64,000 nucleotides of DNA from an uncultured delta proteobacterium (lineage in GTDB: Bacteria > Myxococcota_A > Polyangia > Polyangiales > Houyiibacteriaceae). The stretch's first letter is position 1, and each line of letters starts with the position of its first letter. Below the pieces are notes generated by a model that searched no databases, was not told the origin of the DNA, and saw nothing but the letters and a program-made list of their open reading frames with translations. Positions 18,533 through 28,336 of the stretch are shown here, piece by piece. The translations under genes and the position numbers were made by a program. The stretch is from the NCBI GenBank assembly GCA_963817725.1, contig CAWFPD010000006.1:132406-196405 (forward strand). Reading direction: 5' to 3'.

Positions 18533-18602
18533 AACGCGTGCATCCGGTGGTGAGGTGCGCTGAATGACAAGGGTGTGTGGCGGGCCCGCGGAGTGAAGCG
18601 AG

Positions 18603-18797
18603 TTACCCGACCTCCTCGAGGGCGTCCTTGGTCCAAAGCTTCTGCTTCTTCAGCTGCTGGAGCTCCAGCTCTTCGCTCGGCGTGAGGCTCAGACGGTTGT
18701 CGAGCGCTTCTACGCGGGCCGCGAGCTCCGCATGCTTCTTTTCCAGGCGCGACTTCTGCCGCTCAGGCGGGATGGTTCGAGCTTCGTGCTTGGACAT
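18603..18797 (-). CDS. DUF465 (YdcH-like) small coiled-coil protein
   Basis: ATG 18797 preceded by GGAGGT. The C-terminal LKKQKLWTKDALE matches the DUF465 signature. Confidence 0.7.
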   Translation of the reverse strand: MSKHEARTIPPERQKSRLEKKHAELAARVEALDNRLSLTPSEELELQQLKKQKLWTKDALEEVG

Positions 18798-18977
18798 ATC
18801 ACCTCCAGGTTGCTGACGGGTTGCATAAGCCAAGCTGCCACGGGACGCGAAGACCCGCACGTATATGCTAAGGATCTGATCAGTAATGATCAATCCCACT
18901 TTGGGGGAATTGGTGGTTGCCTTGTGTACCGGCCTTCAGGATGAATACTACGCGCCCGGGGAGCGTTGCAGACCTTG

Positions 18978-19679
18978 ATGAGCTTGCGAGCGACGGTGAT
19001 TGGTCTTGTTTTTTGCGCACTTGCGCTTACCGGCGCCGCAACGGCCGAGGAGCGCCCGCCTCTCGACGCGGCGGCCGTGGTGAGTCTGGTTCAGGCGTTC
19101 TACGACCAAACCAAGACTCTACAGGCTGACTTTGAGCAGACTCGCTATACCCGGCTCTACGATCGCTACGATCGCGCCCGGGGGACCGTGGTGTTCAAGA
19201 AGCCGGGCATGATGCGCTGGGACTACGACAAACCCAACGGTCAGGTATTCGTGAGCGACGGGAAGAAGCTGCTCATTTACCAGCCGCCAGAGGAGGGTGA
19301 AAAGAATGGGCAGCTCATCGAGCGCGCGCTCGACGAAGATCAGCTTCCGTCGGCGTTTTCATTTCTGACGGGCACGGGCCATCTGGAAAAGGACTTCGAA
19401 GTTCGTTTGCTCGAGCACGATGACCAACGGTTCCAAGACGGCTACGTGCTTCAGCTGATTCCGCGCAAGCCCACGCCCAACTACGAACAGTTGGTGTTCT
19501 ACGTGCGGACGATCTCCGAAGGAGACAAGCGCGCGGGGATCGTTCAACGCGTCTTGATCATCGATGCGGCCGGCAACCGCAATCGCTTCGATTTCTCACG
19601 CATCCACTTCAATCGGGAAGTCTCCGACAAACGCTTTCGCTACCGCGCGCCCAAAGGCACCCAGCGCGTCACACCCTGA
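18978..19679 (+). CDS. lolA: LolA-like outer-membrane lipoprotein carrier protein
   Basis: Signal peptide followed by the LolA-family pattern (GTVVFKKPGMMRWDY...VSDGKKLLIYQP). Confidence 0.75.
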   Translation: MSLRATVIGLVFCALALTGAATAEERPPLDAAAVVSLVQAFYDQTKTLQADFEQTRYTRLYDRYDRARGTVVFKKPGMMRWDYDKPNGQVFVSDGKKLLIYQPPEEGEKNGQLIERALDEDQLPSAFSFLTGTGHLEKDFEVRLLEHDDQRFQDGYVLQLIPRKPTPNYEQLVFYVRTISEGDKRAGIVQRVLIIDAAGNRNRFDFSRIHFNREVSDKRFRYRAPKGTQRVTP

Positions 19680-20760
19680 GCGCCTCGACGGCCTTTTCGC
19701 GGTCACGGAGCGCCTCGATGGCCCGGCGCAGCGCCGCGCGGTCACCCGGTGAAACCAGAACGGCGTCGGCGACGCCTTGCAACGCGTCGGCGATCGCGCC
19801 CGCTCGGGTGGCCACGACCGGTAGGCCCCGAGCCCGCGCCTCGAACAACACGGTTGGCAGACCGTCGGTTTGGCACGACGGCACGACCAAGGCGTCGCAT
19901 GCCCGAAGCAAGGTCTCCTTTCGCTCGCCAGCGACCCAGCCCTCGAAGACGGCGTTCACGCCGAGTTGGTTCGCCAGCGCCTGGAGCGCAGCGCGTTCCG
20001 GTCCATCGCCCGCAACTCGAACGCTGACGTCGGGCATGGAGGCCACTGCAAACAGGAGGTCCCGCACGCCTTTGACTGGGACGAGACGCCCCAGGAACAG
20101 CAGCGTATAGCGGTCGATTTGGAGTCGGCGGCGAAGCTCGCACCGCTCGACTTGCATGTTTGGCGGCACTTCGACCGGCATTGGACCGACATGAACCGGC
20201 ACCGCGGTCGAGCACAGCCGGCCTGCCTCGAAGAATCGTTCCCGGTCTGCCGTGCTCAAAAACCACATCGTCGTCGCTCCTTTGGCGATCTGGCGTGCGA
20301 GCGTCCTGCTGCCCGGCATGCGAAGGAGCCAGCGGACGTCGGTCGCATGACAGATGCAAAGGTGGATTCGTCCTTCTGCCACGCGAGAAGCCGCCCATCC
20401 GCTCGGAATGCACCAGGAGCTCACCAGCGCGTCGCAGTCTGCAAGCCTTCGTCGCGCAGCGATCCGAAGCGCGGCCGTGAAGCTCAACGCCCCGGCCCAG
20501 CCCGATGGCCGCAATCGCAGGTTGTCCGGTACGCCGCTGCCATAGAAGGTTTGCTGCCACCTTCGGGGCCGAAGATAGGGGATCCAGCTCACCTCGATGC
20601 CCGGCCAACGCGGCTCTGCACGGGCTTCCCGAGGCTGCGGCGCCAGCACACGTACCGCGTGCCCGTTGGCGACCAGCGCCTGGGCCAAGGTTAGAAGGAA
20701 CGACCCGCTATGGTCGCCCTCGAAACGCGGAAAACCCGTGGTGACAAGTCCGACCTTCAC
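19669..20760 (-). CDS. GT-B fold glycosyltransferase (family 4/1)
   Basis: N-terminal MKVGLVTTGFP..GG pattern and a C-terminal E-x7-E-like region (VVPSCQTDGLPTVLFEARARGLPVV). Confidence 0.8.
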   Translation of the reverse strand: MKVGLVTTGFPRFEGDHSGSFLLTLAQALVANGHAVRVLAPQPREARAEPRWPGIEVSWIPYLRPRRWQQTFYGSGVPDNLRLRPSGWAGALSFTAALRIAARRRLADCDALVSSWCIPSGWAASRVAEGRIHLCICHATDVRWLLRMPGSRTLARQIAKGATTMWFLSTADRERFFEAGRLCSTAVPVHVGPMPVEVPPNMQVERCELRRRLQIDRYTLLFLGRLVPVKGVRDLLFAVASMPDVSVRVAGDGPERAALQALANQLGVNAVFEGWVAGERKETLLRACDALVVPSCQTDGLPTVLFEARARGLPVVATRAGAIADALQGVADAVLVSPGDRAALRRAIEALRDREKAVEALRV

Positions 20761-20772
20761 CTCGATCCGCGA

Positions 20773-22605
20773 TCACTCCACCGTCACGGTTTTGGCGAGG
20801 TTGCGAGGTTGGTCGACGTCCGTGCCTTTGTGGTCCGCCACGCAATAGGCATAGAGCTGGAGCGGGATAACCGTGACGAAGGGGCTCAATACCTCGGGTG
20901 TGGCGGCCACTTCGATGACCGCGTCGCAAAGCGCCTGCGCCTCGGTATCGCCAGCCGTGGTGATGCCGATGATCTTCGCTTCGCGCGCTTTGGCCTCCTG
21001 CAGGTTGCTGGCGACGCGCTCGTAGTGTCGATCTCGCGGCATCAGGACGATGACTGGAACGTGCGCATCGAGCAGGGCGATCGGCCCATGCTTCATCTCG
21101 CCCGCCGCGTAGCCCTCGGCGTGCACGTAGGAAATTTCCTTGAGCTTGAGCGCTCCTTCGAGCGCCATCGGGTAGCTCAGGCCTCGACCCAAAAAGAGCA
21201 CGTCGCGAGCATCGGAGAGCTCGCGAACCATCTCGCTGATCGCGTCGTAGGTCGGCTTCAGGCGCTCTTCGATCCAATGCGGTACCCGCGCCAAATCTTC
21301 GATCAGCGCCGCCGCATCTGCTTGACTGAGTACTCCGCGGCGCTTTCCGAGCCAAATGCTGAACATCAGCAGGTTGGCGAGCTGTGCCGTGAAACATTTC
21401 GTCGAGGCGACGCCGATTTCCGGGCCTGCATGCGTGTAGAAGCTCGCGTCCGCCATGCGAGGGATGGCGCTTCCGTTGACATTGACGATAGCCAGGACCT
21501 TCGCGCCCTGTTCCTTGGCGGCCTTGGCCGCCATCAGCGTGTCGATCGTTTCGCCCGACTGGCTGACCGCGATGACCAGGTCACCCTCTCCGACGACCGC
21601 GTCCCGGCCCCGGAACTCGCTTGCCAGCTCGGTGATCGCGGGAACCTTGGCGAGATCCTCCAGCCAGTAGCGGCCGGCGATCGTCGCGTGGTGGCTCGTT
21701 CCGCAGGCGAGGAGCACGACGCGTCGAATCGCGAGTGCATCCTCGTCGGTCAGGCCGATCTCCGGCGTCAGCACATCGCCGTGCTCGCGGTCGAGGCGCC
21801 CGCGCAGCGTGTCTTCGAGCGCCCGCGGTTGCTCGAAGATCTCTTTGAGCATGAAGTGCTTGAAGCCCGCCTTTTCGGCCATGACGGGCGACCATGAAAT
21901 TCGCCGCGGCCTACGGCTCAGGGCCGCCCCGGCTAACGTGGCGAGCGAGAACCCATCGGCTTCGAGCACGGCGATTTCCTCGTCTTCGACGAACACCATC
22001 TCGTTGGTGTAGGGCAAGAGCGCTGGAATGTCGCTCGCGCAATAGGTTGCCTGACGGGTGACCCCGATCACCAGGGGAGAAGCCTTCTTCGCGACCACCA
22101 CGCGGTTCGGCTCCTCGGCTGAAAGAACGGCGATCGCGTAGGCGCCCTTCACTTGTGCGAGTGACCTGCGAACGGCTTCGACCAGCGGATGGCCGCCCAC
22201 GGTTTCACGATGGATGAGGTGGGCGATGATCTCGGTGTCGGTGTCGCTGCTCATCGTCACGCCGCCGGCTTCGAGCTCGCTGCGAAGCTGCACGTGGTTT
22301 TCGATGATGCCGTTGTGCACGACTGCGATCGGCCCTGCGACGTGAGGGTGTGCGTTGACCTCCGAGGGGCGGCCGTGGGTCGCCCAACGGGTGTGGCCGA
22401 TGCCGACGGTCCCCGGGAGCCCTTTTTGGGCGAGCGCTTGCTCGAGATTTCGAAGCTTCCCTACGGCGCGAACGACCTGAATCCGGCCGTCGCTGTGCAC
22501 GGCAAGGCCCGCCGAGTCGTAGCCGCGGTACTCCAGTCGCCGAAGGCCGTCGAGTAGGATGGGCGCCGCGGCCTCCTGACCGACGTAACCGACGATTCCA
22601 CACAT
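20773..22605 (-). CDS. glmS: Glutamine--fructose-6-phosphate aminotransferase
   Basis: MCGIVGY Ntn start, two SIS domains, C-terminal KTVTVE. Confidence 0.96.
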   Translation of the reverse strand: MCGIVGYVGQEAAAPILLDGLRRLEYRGYDSAGLAVHSDGRIQVVRAVGKLRNLEQALAQKGLPGTVGIGHTRWATHGRPSEVNAHPHVAGPIAVVHNGIIENHVQLRSELEAGGVTMSSDTDTEIIAHLIHRETVGGHPLVEAVRRSLAQVKGAYAIAVLSAEEPNRVVVAKKASPLVIGVTRQATYCASDIPALLPYTNEMVFVEDEEIAVLEADGFSLATLAGAALSRRPRRISWSPVMAEKAGFKHFMLKEIFEQPRALEDTLRGRLDREHGDVLTPEIGLTDEDALAIRRVVLLACGTSHHATIAGRYWLEDLAKVPAITELASEFRGRDAVVGEGDLVIAVSQSGETIDTLMAAKAAKEQGAKVLAIVNVNGSAIPRMADASFYTHAGPEIGVASTKCFTAQLANLLMFSIWLGKRRGVLSQADAAALIEDLARVPHWIEERLKPTYDAISEMVRELSDARDVLFLGRGLSYPMALEGALKLKEISYVHAEGYAAGEMKHGPIALLDAHVPVIVLMPRDRHYERVASNLQEAKAREAKIIGITTAGDTEAQALCDAVIEVAATPEVLSPFVTVIPLQLYAYCVADHKGTDVDQPRNLAKTVTVE

Positions 22606-22614
22606 GATTCGACT

Positions 22615-24147
22615 TTAGTCGATGGCATCCGGCTTTGCACCCGAGCCCGTCGTGTCCGGACGCGCATCTTCGAACCGGGCTTTCACCTCGCCTTCCGGGG
22701 AGATCACCGTGACCGGTCCGAAACGCGCCAGCGACGGGGCGAAGTCTGCCGCCTGACCGACGACCACCACCAGCGCCTCAGCGGGCCGGATGTAGGTCCT
22801 GGCGGCATCGTAGGCCTCCGAGCTACTGGTATTGCGTATCCAGTTTCGATAGTTGCCCCAGTAGTCGTCGGGAAGCCCATACGTTCGGAGCTCCATGACG
22901 AGCTCCGCGAGCTTTCCGGGGGTGTCCACCTGCAAAGGGAAGGAGTCGCTCAAGTAGCGCTTGGCGTTGATCAGCTCTTCGCTGGTCGCAGGCTCTCGGT
23001 GCATTTGCTCGAGGTGGTCGAAAAATGCGCTGACGGCTTCGGTCGTCACCTCGGTGCGTACGGAGGCGTATGCGATGAAGGGTCCGACATCGACACGCTC
23101 CACGATCGCGCTGTACGCGCCGTACGTGAGGCTCCGCTTTTCACGAAGGTCCATGAAGAGCCGGGAGGCCGCGGAGCCGCCCAGGACCTGATTGGACACG
23201 GTCAGCGGAATCCACTCCCGATTGGAGCGGCGGATGGCGAGATTCCCGATGTAGATGATCGATTGCACCGACCCCGGGCGGTCCACCACGAGGATCTTGC
23301 GATCGGTTGCTTTGGGCGGCTCACCGTACGTGGGCACCGTGCGCTGGCCGGGCCGCCACGACCCCAACGTCTTTTCGGCCACCTCGCGGACTTGGTCGGG
23401 GTCCACATCGCCGGCGATGATCAGGAAGGCATTCTGGCCGACGAAATGCGCGCGATGCCATCGAATCATGTCTTGGCGCCGGACGCGCTTCACGGCCTGG
23501 GGGGTCGTGTCGACCGTCCCGTAGGGATGCTGGCCGTACAGCGCCCGGTAGAATGCGCGCCTGGCAATGTAGCCCGGCTCGCGCTCGGACAACGCAAGAC
23601 GGTCGAGCTCGCGCCGCTTCAGCTTGCCGAGCTCGTCGGGGTCGAAAGCGGGTTGGCCTGCCACCTCGGCCAAGATCTTTAGCGCCGGTTCGAGCTGCTC
23701 CGAAAGGGCACGGACCCCCACGTAGGTGTTCTCCTCGTCGGAGTTGGTCCAGAGGTCGGCGCCGAGGAACTCGATCTCTTCGGCGATCTCCGCGCCCGAC
23801 CGCTGGGTCGTGCCTTCCTTCAACATTTGGGCAACCAGGCCGGAGAGGCCCGGGATCCGCTCCGGATCGGTTTCGCCGCCGCTCCGCACGACGAGTGTGG
23901 CGTAGACGACCGGAAGCTGGTCGGTGACGATGGTGTTGACCTGCAGGCCGTTGTCGAGCTCAGTGACCTCGACCGGCGGCAGCGTGAGGTCCTTGGGCTC
24001 CGAAGGGGGAGGCGGTCGCTGAAGGCTGGTCTCGGGTTGGACCGTGGCATCCGCAGCGGTTTGCGCAGGGGCGTTGGCTTTGGAGCAGGCGGACAGGCAT
24101 GCGACGATCAAAAGCCCAACGAAGGAAGTGTGGAAGCGAGGCGACAT
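22615..24147 (-). CDS. M16 family peptidase-like lipoprotein, probably the non-catalytic partner
   Basis: Lipobox LSAC and the M16 fold pattern. The position of HxxEH reads GLVAQMLKEG, so the zinc motif is absent. Confidence 0.8.
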   Translation of the reverse strand: MSPRFHTSFVGLLIVACLSACSKANAPAQTAADATVQPETSLQRPPPPSEPKDLTLPPVEVTELDNGLQVNTIVTDQLPVVYATLVVRSGGETDPERIPGLSGLVAQMLKEGTTQRSGAEIAEEIEFLGADLWTNSDEENTYVGVRALSEQLEPALKILAEVAGQPAFDPDELGKLKRRELDRLALSEREPGYIARRAFYRALYGQHPYGTVDTTPQAVKRVRRQDMIRWHRAHFVGQNAFLIIAGDVDPDQVREVAEKTLGSWRPGQRTVPTYGEPPKATDRKILVVDRPGSVQSIIYIGNLAIRRSNREWIPLTVSNQVLGGSAASRLFMDLREKRSLTYGAYSAIVERVDVGPFIAYASVRTEVTTEAVSAFFDHLEQMHREPATSEELINAKRYLSDSFPLQVDTPGKLAELVMELRTYGLPDDYWGNYRNWIRNTSSSEAYDAARTYIRPAEALVVVVGQAADFAPSLARFGPVTVISPEGEVKARFEDARPDTTGSGAKPDAID

Positions 24148-24149
24148 GT

Positions 24150-25529
24150 CTAGTTCTCCTTCGGAGCCGCCGGCGCAGTGCCCGGTAGCACGTCGAGCAC
24201 GGTGCGGTTAGCAGGGTTGAAGTAGGTGCCAGCGACACGCTTGATGTCTTCCGCCGTGACGCGCAGGTAGTGGTCGAGCTCGAGCTTCAACAGGTTGGCG
24301 TCACCCCAGAAAAGCTCGAACTCTGCCAGGCGCTGCGAGCGCAACATGTTCGACTGGAGCCCGAATACGAACGTGGACCGAACCCGATTCTTTGCCTTTT
24401 CGAGCTCGCGAGCCGTGACGCCGTCGGCGGCGATCGAATCGAATTCGGAATAGATGAGCTTTTGCGCTTCTTCGTTCGCGTGCCCGCTGGCCATGACGGC
24501 CCACACGCTCAGAAGGTCGGGTCCTCGCCGATCATCGGTTCCGACGGCGATGTCCTGACAGATTTCCTCTTGCTTGATGAGTTTCTGGTAGAGGCGGCTC
24601 GACTCGCCATCGCCGAGGATGATCGCCAGCAGCTCGAGCGCGTAGTGATCGGGCGTTCGATCCGGCGGAATGTGGTAGGCGAGGTGGAAGGCGGGCAGGG
24701 TAGCGTTCGAATCGAACATCACTTCGGTCCGCTCTTCGTTCTGCTCGGGGGCAGGGGGCGGGACGTACGGAGGCGTCTGCCGTGCGGGGATGCTGCCGAA
24801 GTACTTCTCGACCTCCTGCAGCGCTTGGTCCGGGTTGAAGTCGCCGCTGATGCTCAACACGGCATTGTTCGGTGCGTAATAGGTATCGAAGAACTCTTGT
24901 ACCGCTTGAAGCGGCGCGTCGACCAGGTCCTGCATGTCACCGATCGTCGAATGCGCGTAGGGCCAGTAGTCGCCGTACGCGAGCTCGTTGATGCGAAGCA
25001 TGCTCGGGATGTACGGTTGGTTGTCGATCCGCTGACGGCGTTCTTCCATGACCGTCAAACGTTGATTTTCGAAGTTCTCTTGCGTGACCGCGAGAGAGCG
25101 CATCCGATCCGCTTCGAGCCACAGGCCGAGCGCAAGCTCGTTTGCTGGGAGCGTCTCGAAGTAGTTCGTTCGGTCGGTGCTGGTGGTGCCGTTCGCGCTG
25201 CCGCCCCGGTTGATGATCAAGCTGAAGTGCTCCCCCTTTCCCACGTTCGCCGAGCCCTGGAACATCATGTGCTCGAACAGATGCGCGAATCCGGATCGGC
25301 CTTGGGTCTCGTTGCGCGATCCGACGTCGTAGTAGACCGAGATCGCCACGGTCGGCACGGTGTGGTCTTCGTTGAGCACCACGCGAAGGCCGTTGTCCAA
25401 GGTGGCCCGGCTGACCTGCAGGTTCGAGAGGACGGCTGGGCTTTCCTCGGCATTCGCGTAACCGTGCTCGAGCACGATCGCCAGAGCGACGAGCATCACC
25501 AGCGTGGCAGTCATGAAAATTCGTTTCAT
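24150..25529 (-). CDS. M16 family zinc peptidase (pitrilysin/insulinase-like), catalytic subunit
   Basis: HLFEHMMFQG inverted zinc motif and a signal peptide. ATG 25529 with an upstream GGAG is preferred over TTG 25559. Confidence 0.85.
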   Translation of the reverse strand: MKRIFMTATLVMLVALAIVLEHGYANAEESPAVLSNLQVSRATLDNGLRVVLNEDHTVPTVAISVYYDVGSRNETQGRSGFAHLFEHMMFQGSANVGKGEHFSLIINRGGSANGTTSTDRTNYFETLPANELALGLWLEADRMRSLAVTQENFENQRLTVMEERRQRIDNQPYIPSMLRINELAYGDYWPYAHSTIGDMQDLVDAPLQAVQEFFDTYYAPNNAVLSISGDFNPDQALQEVEKYFGSIPARQTPPYVPPPAPEQNEERTEVMFDSNATLPAFHLAYHIPPDRTPDHYALELLAIILGDGESSRLYQKLIKQEEICQDIAVGTDDRRGPDLLSVWAVMASGHANEEAQKLIYSEFDSIAADGVTARELEKAKNRVRSTFVFGLQSNMLRSQRLAEFELFWGDANLLKLELDHYLRVTAEDIKRVAGTYFNPANRTVLDVLPGTAPAAPKEN

Positions 25530-25644
25530 CCGACTCCGATCAACAAGGGAAAAGCCCAAAACGTTCCCCCGGCGCTACCACATCCACCCGTAGTGGCAAA
25601 GCGGTTGACGCCTCCGTCGGTTTTGCGAACACTACTCGGCCCCC

Positions 25645-26904
25645 ATGACCGCGGCATTGCTATCGATCGGCACTGAGCTCACCCGCGGCGAGTTGGTGAA
25701 CACCAACGCCGCTTGGCTCGCCGAGCAGCTGACCAAGTTGGGATTCGAGGTCGTCGAGCATGCGACGGTGGACGACGATGTCGATCGAATCGTGACTCTG
25801 GTTCGGCGATTTTCCGAATCGCACCGGGTGGTGATCGCCACGGGCGGCCTCGGCCCGACCTCCGACGATCTCACGACGGCCGCCGCCGCCAAAGCAGCAG
25901 GGGTCGGGCTACGCCGCGAGCAGCGCATCGTCGAAGACATCCGCCGAAAGTTCGAAGCATTTGGGCGCGTGATGCCGGAATCGAATGCGAAACAAGCCGA
26001 CTTCCCCGAGGGTGCCACGGTGGTACCAAACCCAGTGGGAACCGCGCCCGGCTTTTCGATGATCGTCGGACGAGCGCAGTTCTTCTTCATGCCCGGGGTG
26101 CCGCGCGAAATGAAGCACATCTTTGGCGAATCGATCGTGCCGGTCATCGCGGGCCTTGCCGAAAGGCGAACGCATCAGGTGCACGTCAAGACCTTCGGCA
26201 TGACCGAATCGGGTGTGGCGCAGGCGCTTCAGGGCCTCGAGGAAGAATTCCCTGGGCTCAAGCTCGGCTATCGCGCTCATTTTCCCGAGATCGAAATCAA
26301 GGTCCACGCGCGGGCCGATTCGGCGCCCCAAGCGGAGCGATTGTCGCACGCCGCAACCGACAAGGTGCGCGCGATTCTCGGCGACGCCGTATTCGGCGGC
26401 GAAGCGGATTCCTTTGCGGAGGTGGTTGGCAACACCCTACGGGACCGCGGTAAGACCCTTGCGGTAGCCGAATCGTGTACCGGAGGACAGGTGGGTGAAA
26501 TGCTCACCCGGGTGCCGGGTGCCTCCGACTACCTGCTGCTCGACGCCGTCGTGTATGCCAACAGTGCCAAAGAAGCCGTCCTCGGTGTGAGCCCCGAGCT
26601 TCTTCGCGCCCACGGCGCGGTGAGCTCTGAAACCGCCGCCGCGATGGCCGAAGGGGCGCTTCGCGTGGCCGGGGCCGACATCGCCGTTTCGATCACGGGC
26701 GTGGCTGGTCCGGGCGGCGGAACCGATGACAAGCCGGTAGGGACGGTTTGGTTCGGCCTGGCAAAAAAGGGCGAGCCCACGATCACCCGGCACCGTAGGC
26801 TTCCATGGGGCCGCGATCGTGTTCAGACGCTGTCGGCCTACATTGCGCTCGAGCTGGTCCGTCGGGCGGCCCTCGGGCGTGACTTCGACCTTGCCGAGCG
26901 CTGA
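25645..26904 (+). CDS. cinA: CinA family competence/damage-inducible protein (MoCF-binding domain plus PncC-type NMN amidohydrolase domain)
   Basis: N-terminal LSIGTELTRGELVNTN, a C-terminal CinA domain (AVAESCTGG), and the classic position upstream of recA. Confidence 0.85.
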   Translation: MTAALLSIGTELTRGELVNTNAAWLAEQLTKLGFEVVEHATVDDDVDRIVTLVRRFSESHRVVIATGGLGPTSDDLTTAAAAKAAGVGLRREQRIVEDIRRKFEAFGRVMPESNAKQADFPEGATVVPNPVGTAPGFSMIVGRAQFFFMPGVPREMKHIFGESIVPVIAGLAERRTHQVHVKTFGMTESGVAQALQGLEEEFPGLKLGYRAHFPEIEIKVHARADSAPQAERLSHAATDKVRAILGDAVFGGEADSFAEVVGNTLRDRGKTLAVAESCTGGQVGEMLTRVPGASDYLLLDAVVYANSAKEAVLGVSPELLRAHGAVSSETAAAMAEGALRVAGADIAVSITGVAGPGGGTDDKPVGTVWFGLAKKGEPTITRHRRLPWGRDRVQTLSAYIALELVRRAALGRDFDLAER

Positions 26905-26964
26905 GCCCCGATGCAGTCTGGCTTCGCCGCCTGACCACTAGCTTGACTAGTGTGAGGAAGCCGA

Positions 26965-26981
26965 CTAGACGGGTGTTCAGG
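26965..26981. promoter_or_regulatory. LexA (SOS) box of the Myxococcus type upstream of recA
   Basis: CTAGACGGGTGTTCAGG matches 15 of 17 positions of the CTRHAMRYBYGTTCAGS consensus (recalled from the M. xanthus literature). It lies 29 bp upstream of the recA ATG. Confidence 0.5.
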
Positions 26982-27009
26982 TAATTCAAGCAAGAAGGAA
27001 TCCGCAACC

Positions 27010-28098
27010 ATGGCCGACTCGAATCGCGAAAAAGCCCTCCACCTAGCCCTCGGAACTATCGAGAAAGCCTACGGAAAAGGCTCGATCATGCGTCTCGGGG
27101 ATGCCGACGCCAAGGTCAAGGTGCCGGTGATTTCGAGCGGTTCCATTTCACTCGATCTGGCCCTCGGCACCGGGGGATACCCGCGCGGGCGGATCGTCGA
27201 GATCTACGGCCCGGAATCGAGCGGAAAGACGACGCTCACCCTCCACGCGATCGCCGAGTGTCAGCGCAATGGCGGAATTGCCGCATTCATCGATGCAGAG
27301 CATGCGCTCGATCCGACCTACGCCCGCAAGCTCGGCGTCAAGGTCGATGAGCTTCTGGTGAGCCAGCCCGACCACGGTGAGCAGGCTCTCGAGATCGCGG
27401 ATACGCTCGTTCGTTCCGGCGCCGTGGACGTCATCGTCGTCGATTCGGTGGCTGCGCTGGTCCCGCGTGCGGAGATCGAGGGCGAGATGGGCGACAGCCA
27501 CGTAGGGCTTCAGGCGCGCCTGATGAGCCAAGCACTGCGAAAGCTCACGGGCACCGTGACGAAGAGCAATACCACCCTCTTCTTCATCAACCAGATCCGC
27601 ATGAAGATCGGGGTGATGTTTGGCAGTCCCGAGACGACGAGCGGCGGCAACGCCCTCAAATTCTATGCATCGCAACGCCTGGACATTCGGCGCATCGGCA
27701 CGATCAAGGTCGGCGATGCGGCGGTTGGCAACCGGTGCCGCGTCAAGGTGGTCAAAAACAAGCTCGCTCCTCCATTTCGCACCTGCGAGTTCGACATCTT
27801 GTTCGGCACGGGCATCAGTCGCAGCGGCGACGTGCTCGACCTCGGTGTGGAGGGGGGCATCGTCCAGAAGTCGGGCGCTTGGTACAGTTACGGTGAGGAC
27901 CGCGTGGGCCAGGGCCGTGACAACGCGCGCACGTTCCTCGAAGAGCATCCAGACATGCTGAAGGAGATCGAGCGCAAGCTTTTGCAGCAGCACGGGCTCA
28001 TCGAGGACGAGGCCAAGGAGGAGAAGGCTTCAGCGGAAGGAGCCGCCTCTGCTGCAGCGTCTAAGACGGCTGCCAGCAAACGGCCGCGGCCCAACTGA
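27010..28098 (+). CDS. recA: Recombinase RecA
   Basis: Walker [10 protein letters not shown], full-length RecA, acidic/Ala-rich tail. Confidence 0.98.
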   Translation: MADSNREKALHLALGTIEKAYGKGSIMRLGDADAKVKVPVISSGSISLDLALGTGGYPRGRIVEIYGPESSGKTTLTLHAIAECQRNGGIAAFIDAEHALDPTYARKLGVKVDELLVSQPDHGEQALEIADTLVRSGAVDVIVVDSVAALVPRAEIEGEMGDSHVGLQARLMSQALRKLTGTVTKSNTTLFFINQIRMKIGVMFGSPETTSGGNALKFYASQRLDIRRIGTIKVGDAAVGNRCRVKVVKNKLAPPFRTCEFDILFGTGISRSGDVLDLGVEGGIVQKSGAWYSYGEDRVGQGRDNARTFLEEHPDMLKEIERKLLQQHGLIEDEAKEEKASAEGAASAAASKTAASKRPRPN

Positions 28099-28204
28099 TA
28101 CGGGGTTTCGGGCATTTCAAAGCCGGGCTCTTGTCAACCCTAAAAACGACCGACAAAAGCAGCCCAAGCCACCGAAATCACACTGTTTTGCTCTCCGGTA
28201 AGCA

Positions 28205-28233
28205 TTGACTTCGGCGCCGTATTTTGCTATACA
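28205..28233 (+). promoter_or_regulatory. Sigma70-like promoter (TTGACT-N17-TATACA)
   Basis: -35 element at 28205-28210 and -10 element at 28228-28233 with a 17-bp spacer, in an AT-rich gap upstream of cdnL. Confidence 0.4.
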
Positions 28234-28264
28234 TAGTAAGTGCATGTAGTTGGTTGCACGTCTT

Positions 28265-28315
28265 TTGACGAAACCTTTTCGGCCCGCGCTCCCGGCGCGG
28301 GCTTTCGTCAATTTT
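28265..28315 (+). terminator. Composite terminator/attenuator hairpin between recA and cdnL
   Basis: Outer arms TTGACGAAA (28265-28273) and TTTCGTCAA (28303-28311). Inner arms GCCCGCGC and GCGCGGGC. A TTTT tract follows at 28312-28315. Confidence 0.5.
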
Positions 28316-28336
28316 AGACCGAAGGAGAGTGGTCTC

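Noticed and set aside
18200-18600. Whether the 535-bp gap hides a known housekeeping RNA (tmRNA, RNase P RNA, 6S, SRP RNA).
   Set aside because: - I found no tRNA-like acceptor/T-arm ending in CCA and no ...LAA-type tag frame.
- There is no GAGGAAAGUCCGGGC / ACAGAACCCGGCUUA RNase P core. Only a chance GAACCCGG at 18219-18226 is present.
- A covariance-model search is still required to be sure.
24270-25676. A 468-aa ORF antisense to the M16 peptidase gene. Similar long antisense ORFs include 62044-63597 (517 aa), 40413-41834 (473 aa), 48034-49266 (410 aa), 20710-21897 (395 aa), 1261-2397 (378 aa) and 9879-10898 (339 aa).
   Set aside because: - All lie opposite genes with unmistakable conserved motifs.
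- Their translations are Arg/Gly/Pro/Ala-rich low-complexity strings, as expected when stop codons are rare in a ~63% GC genome.
- None has a recognisable domain, a ribosome-binding site context, or the GC3 skew of the sense genes.
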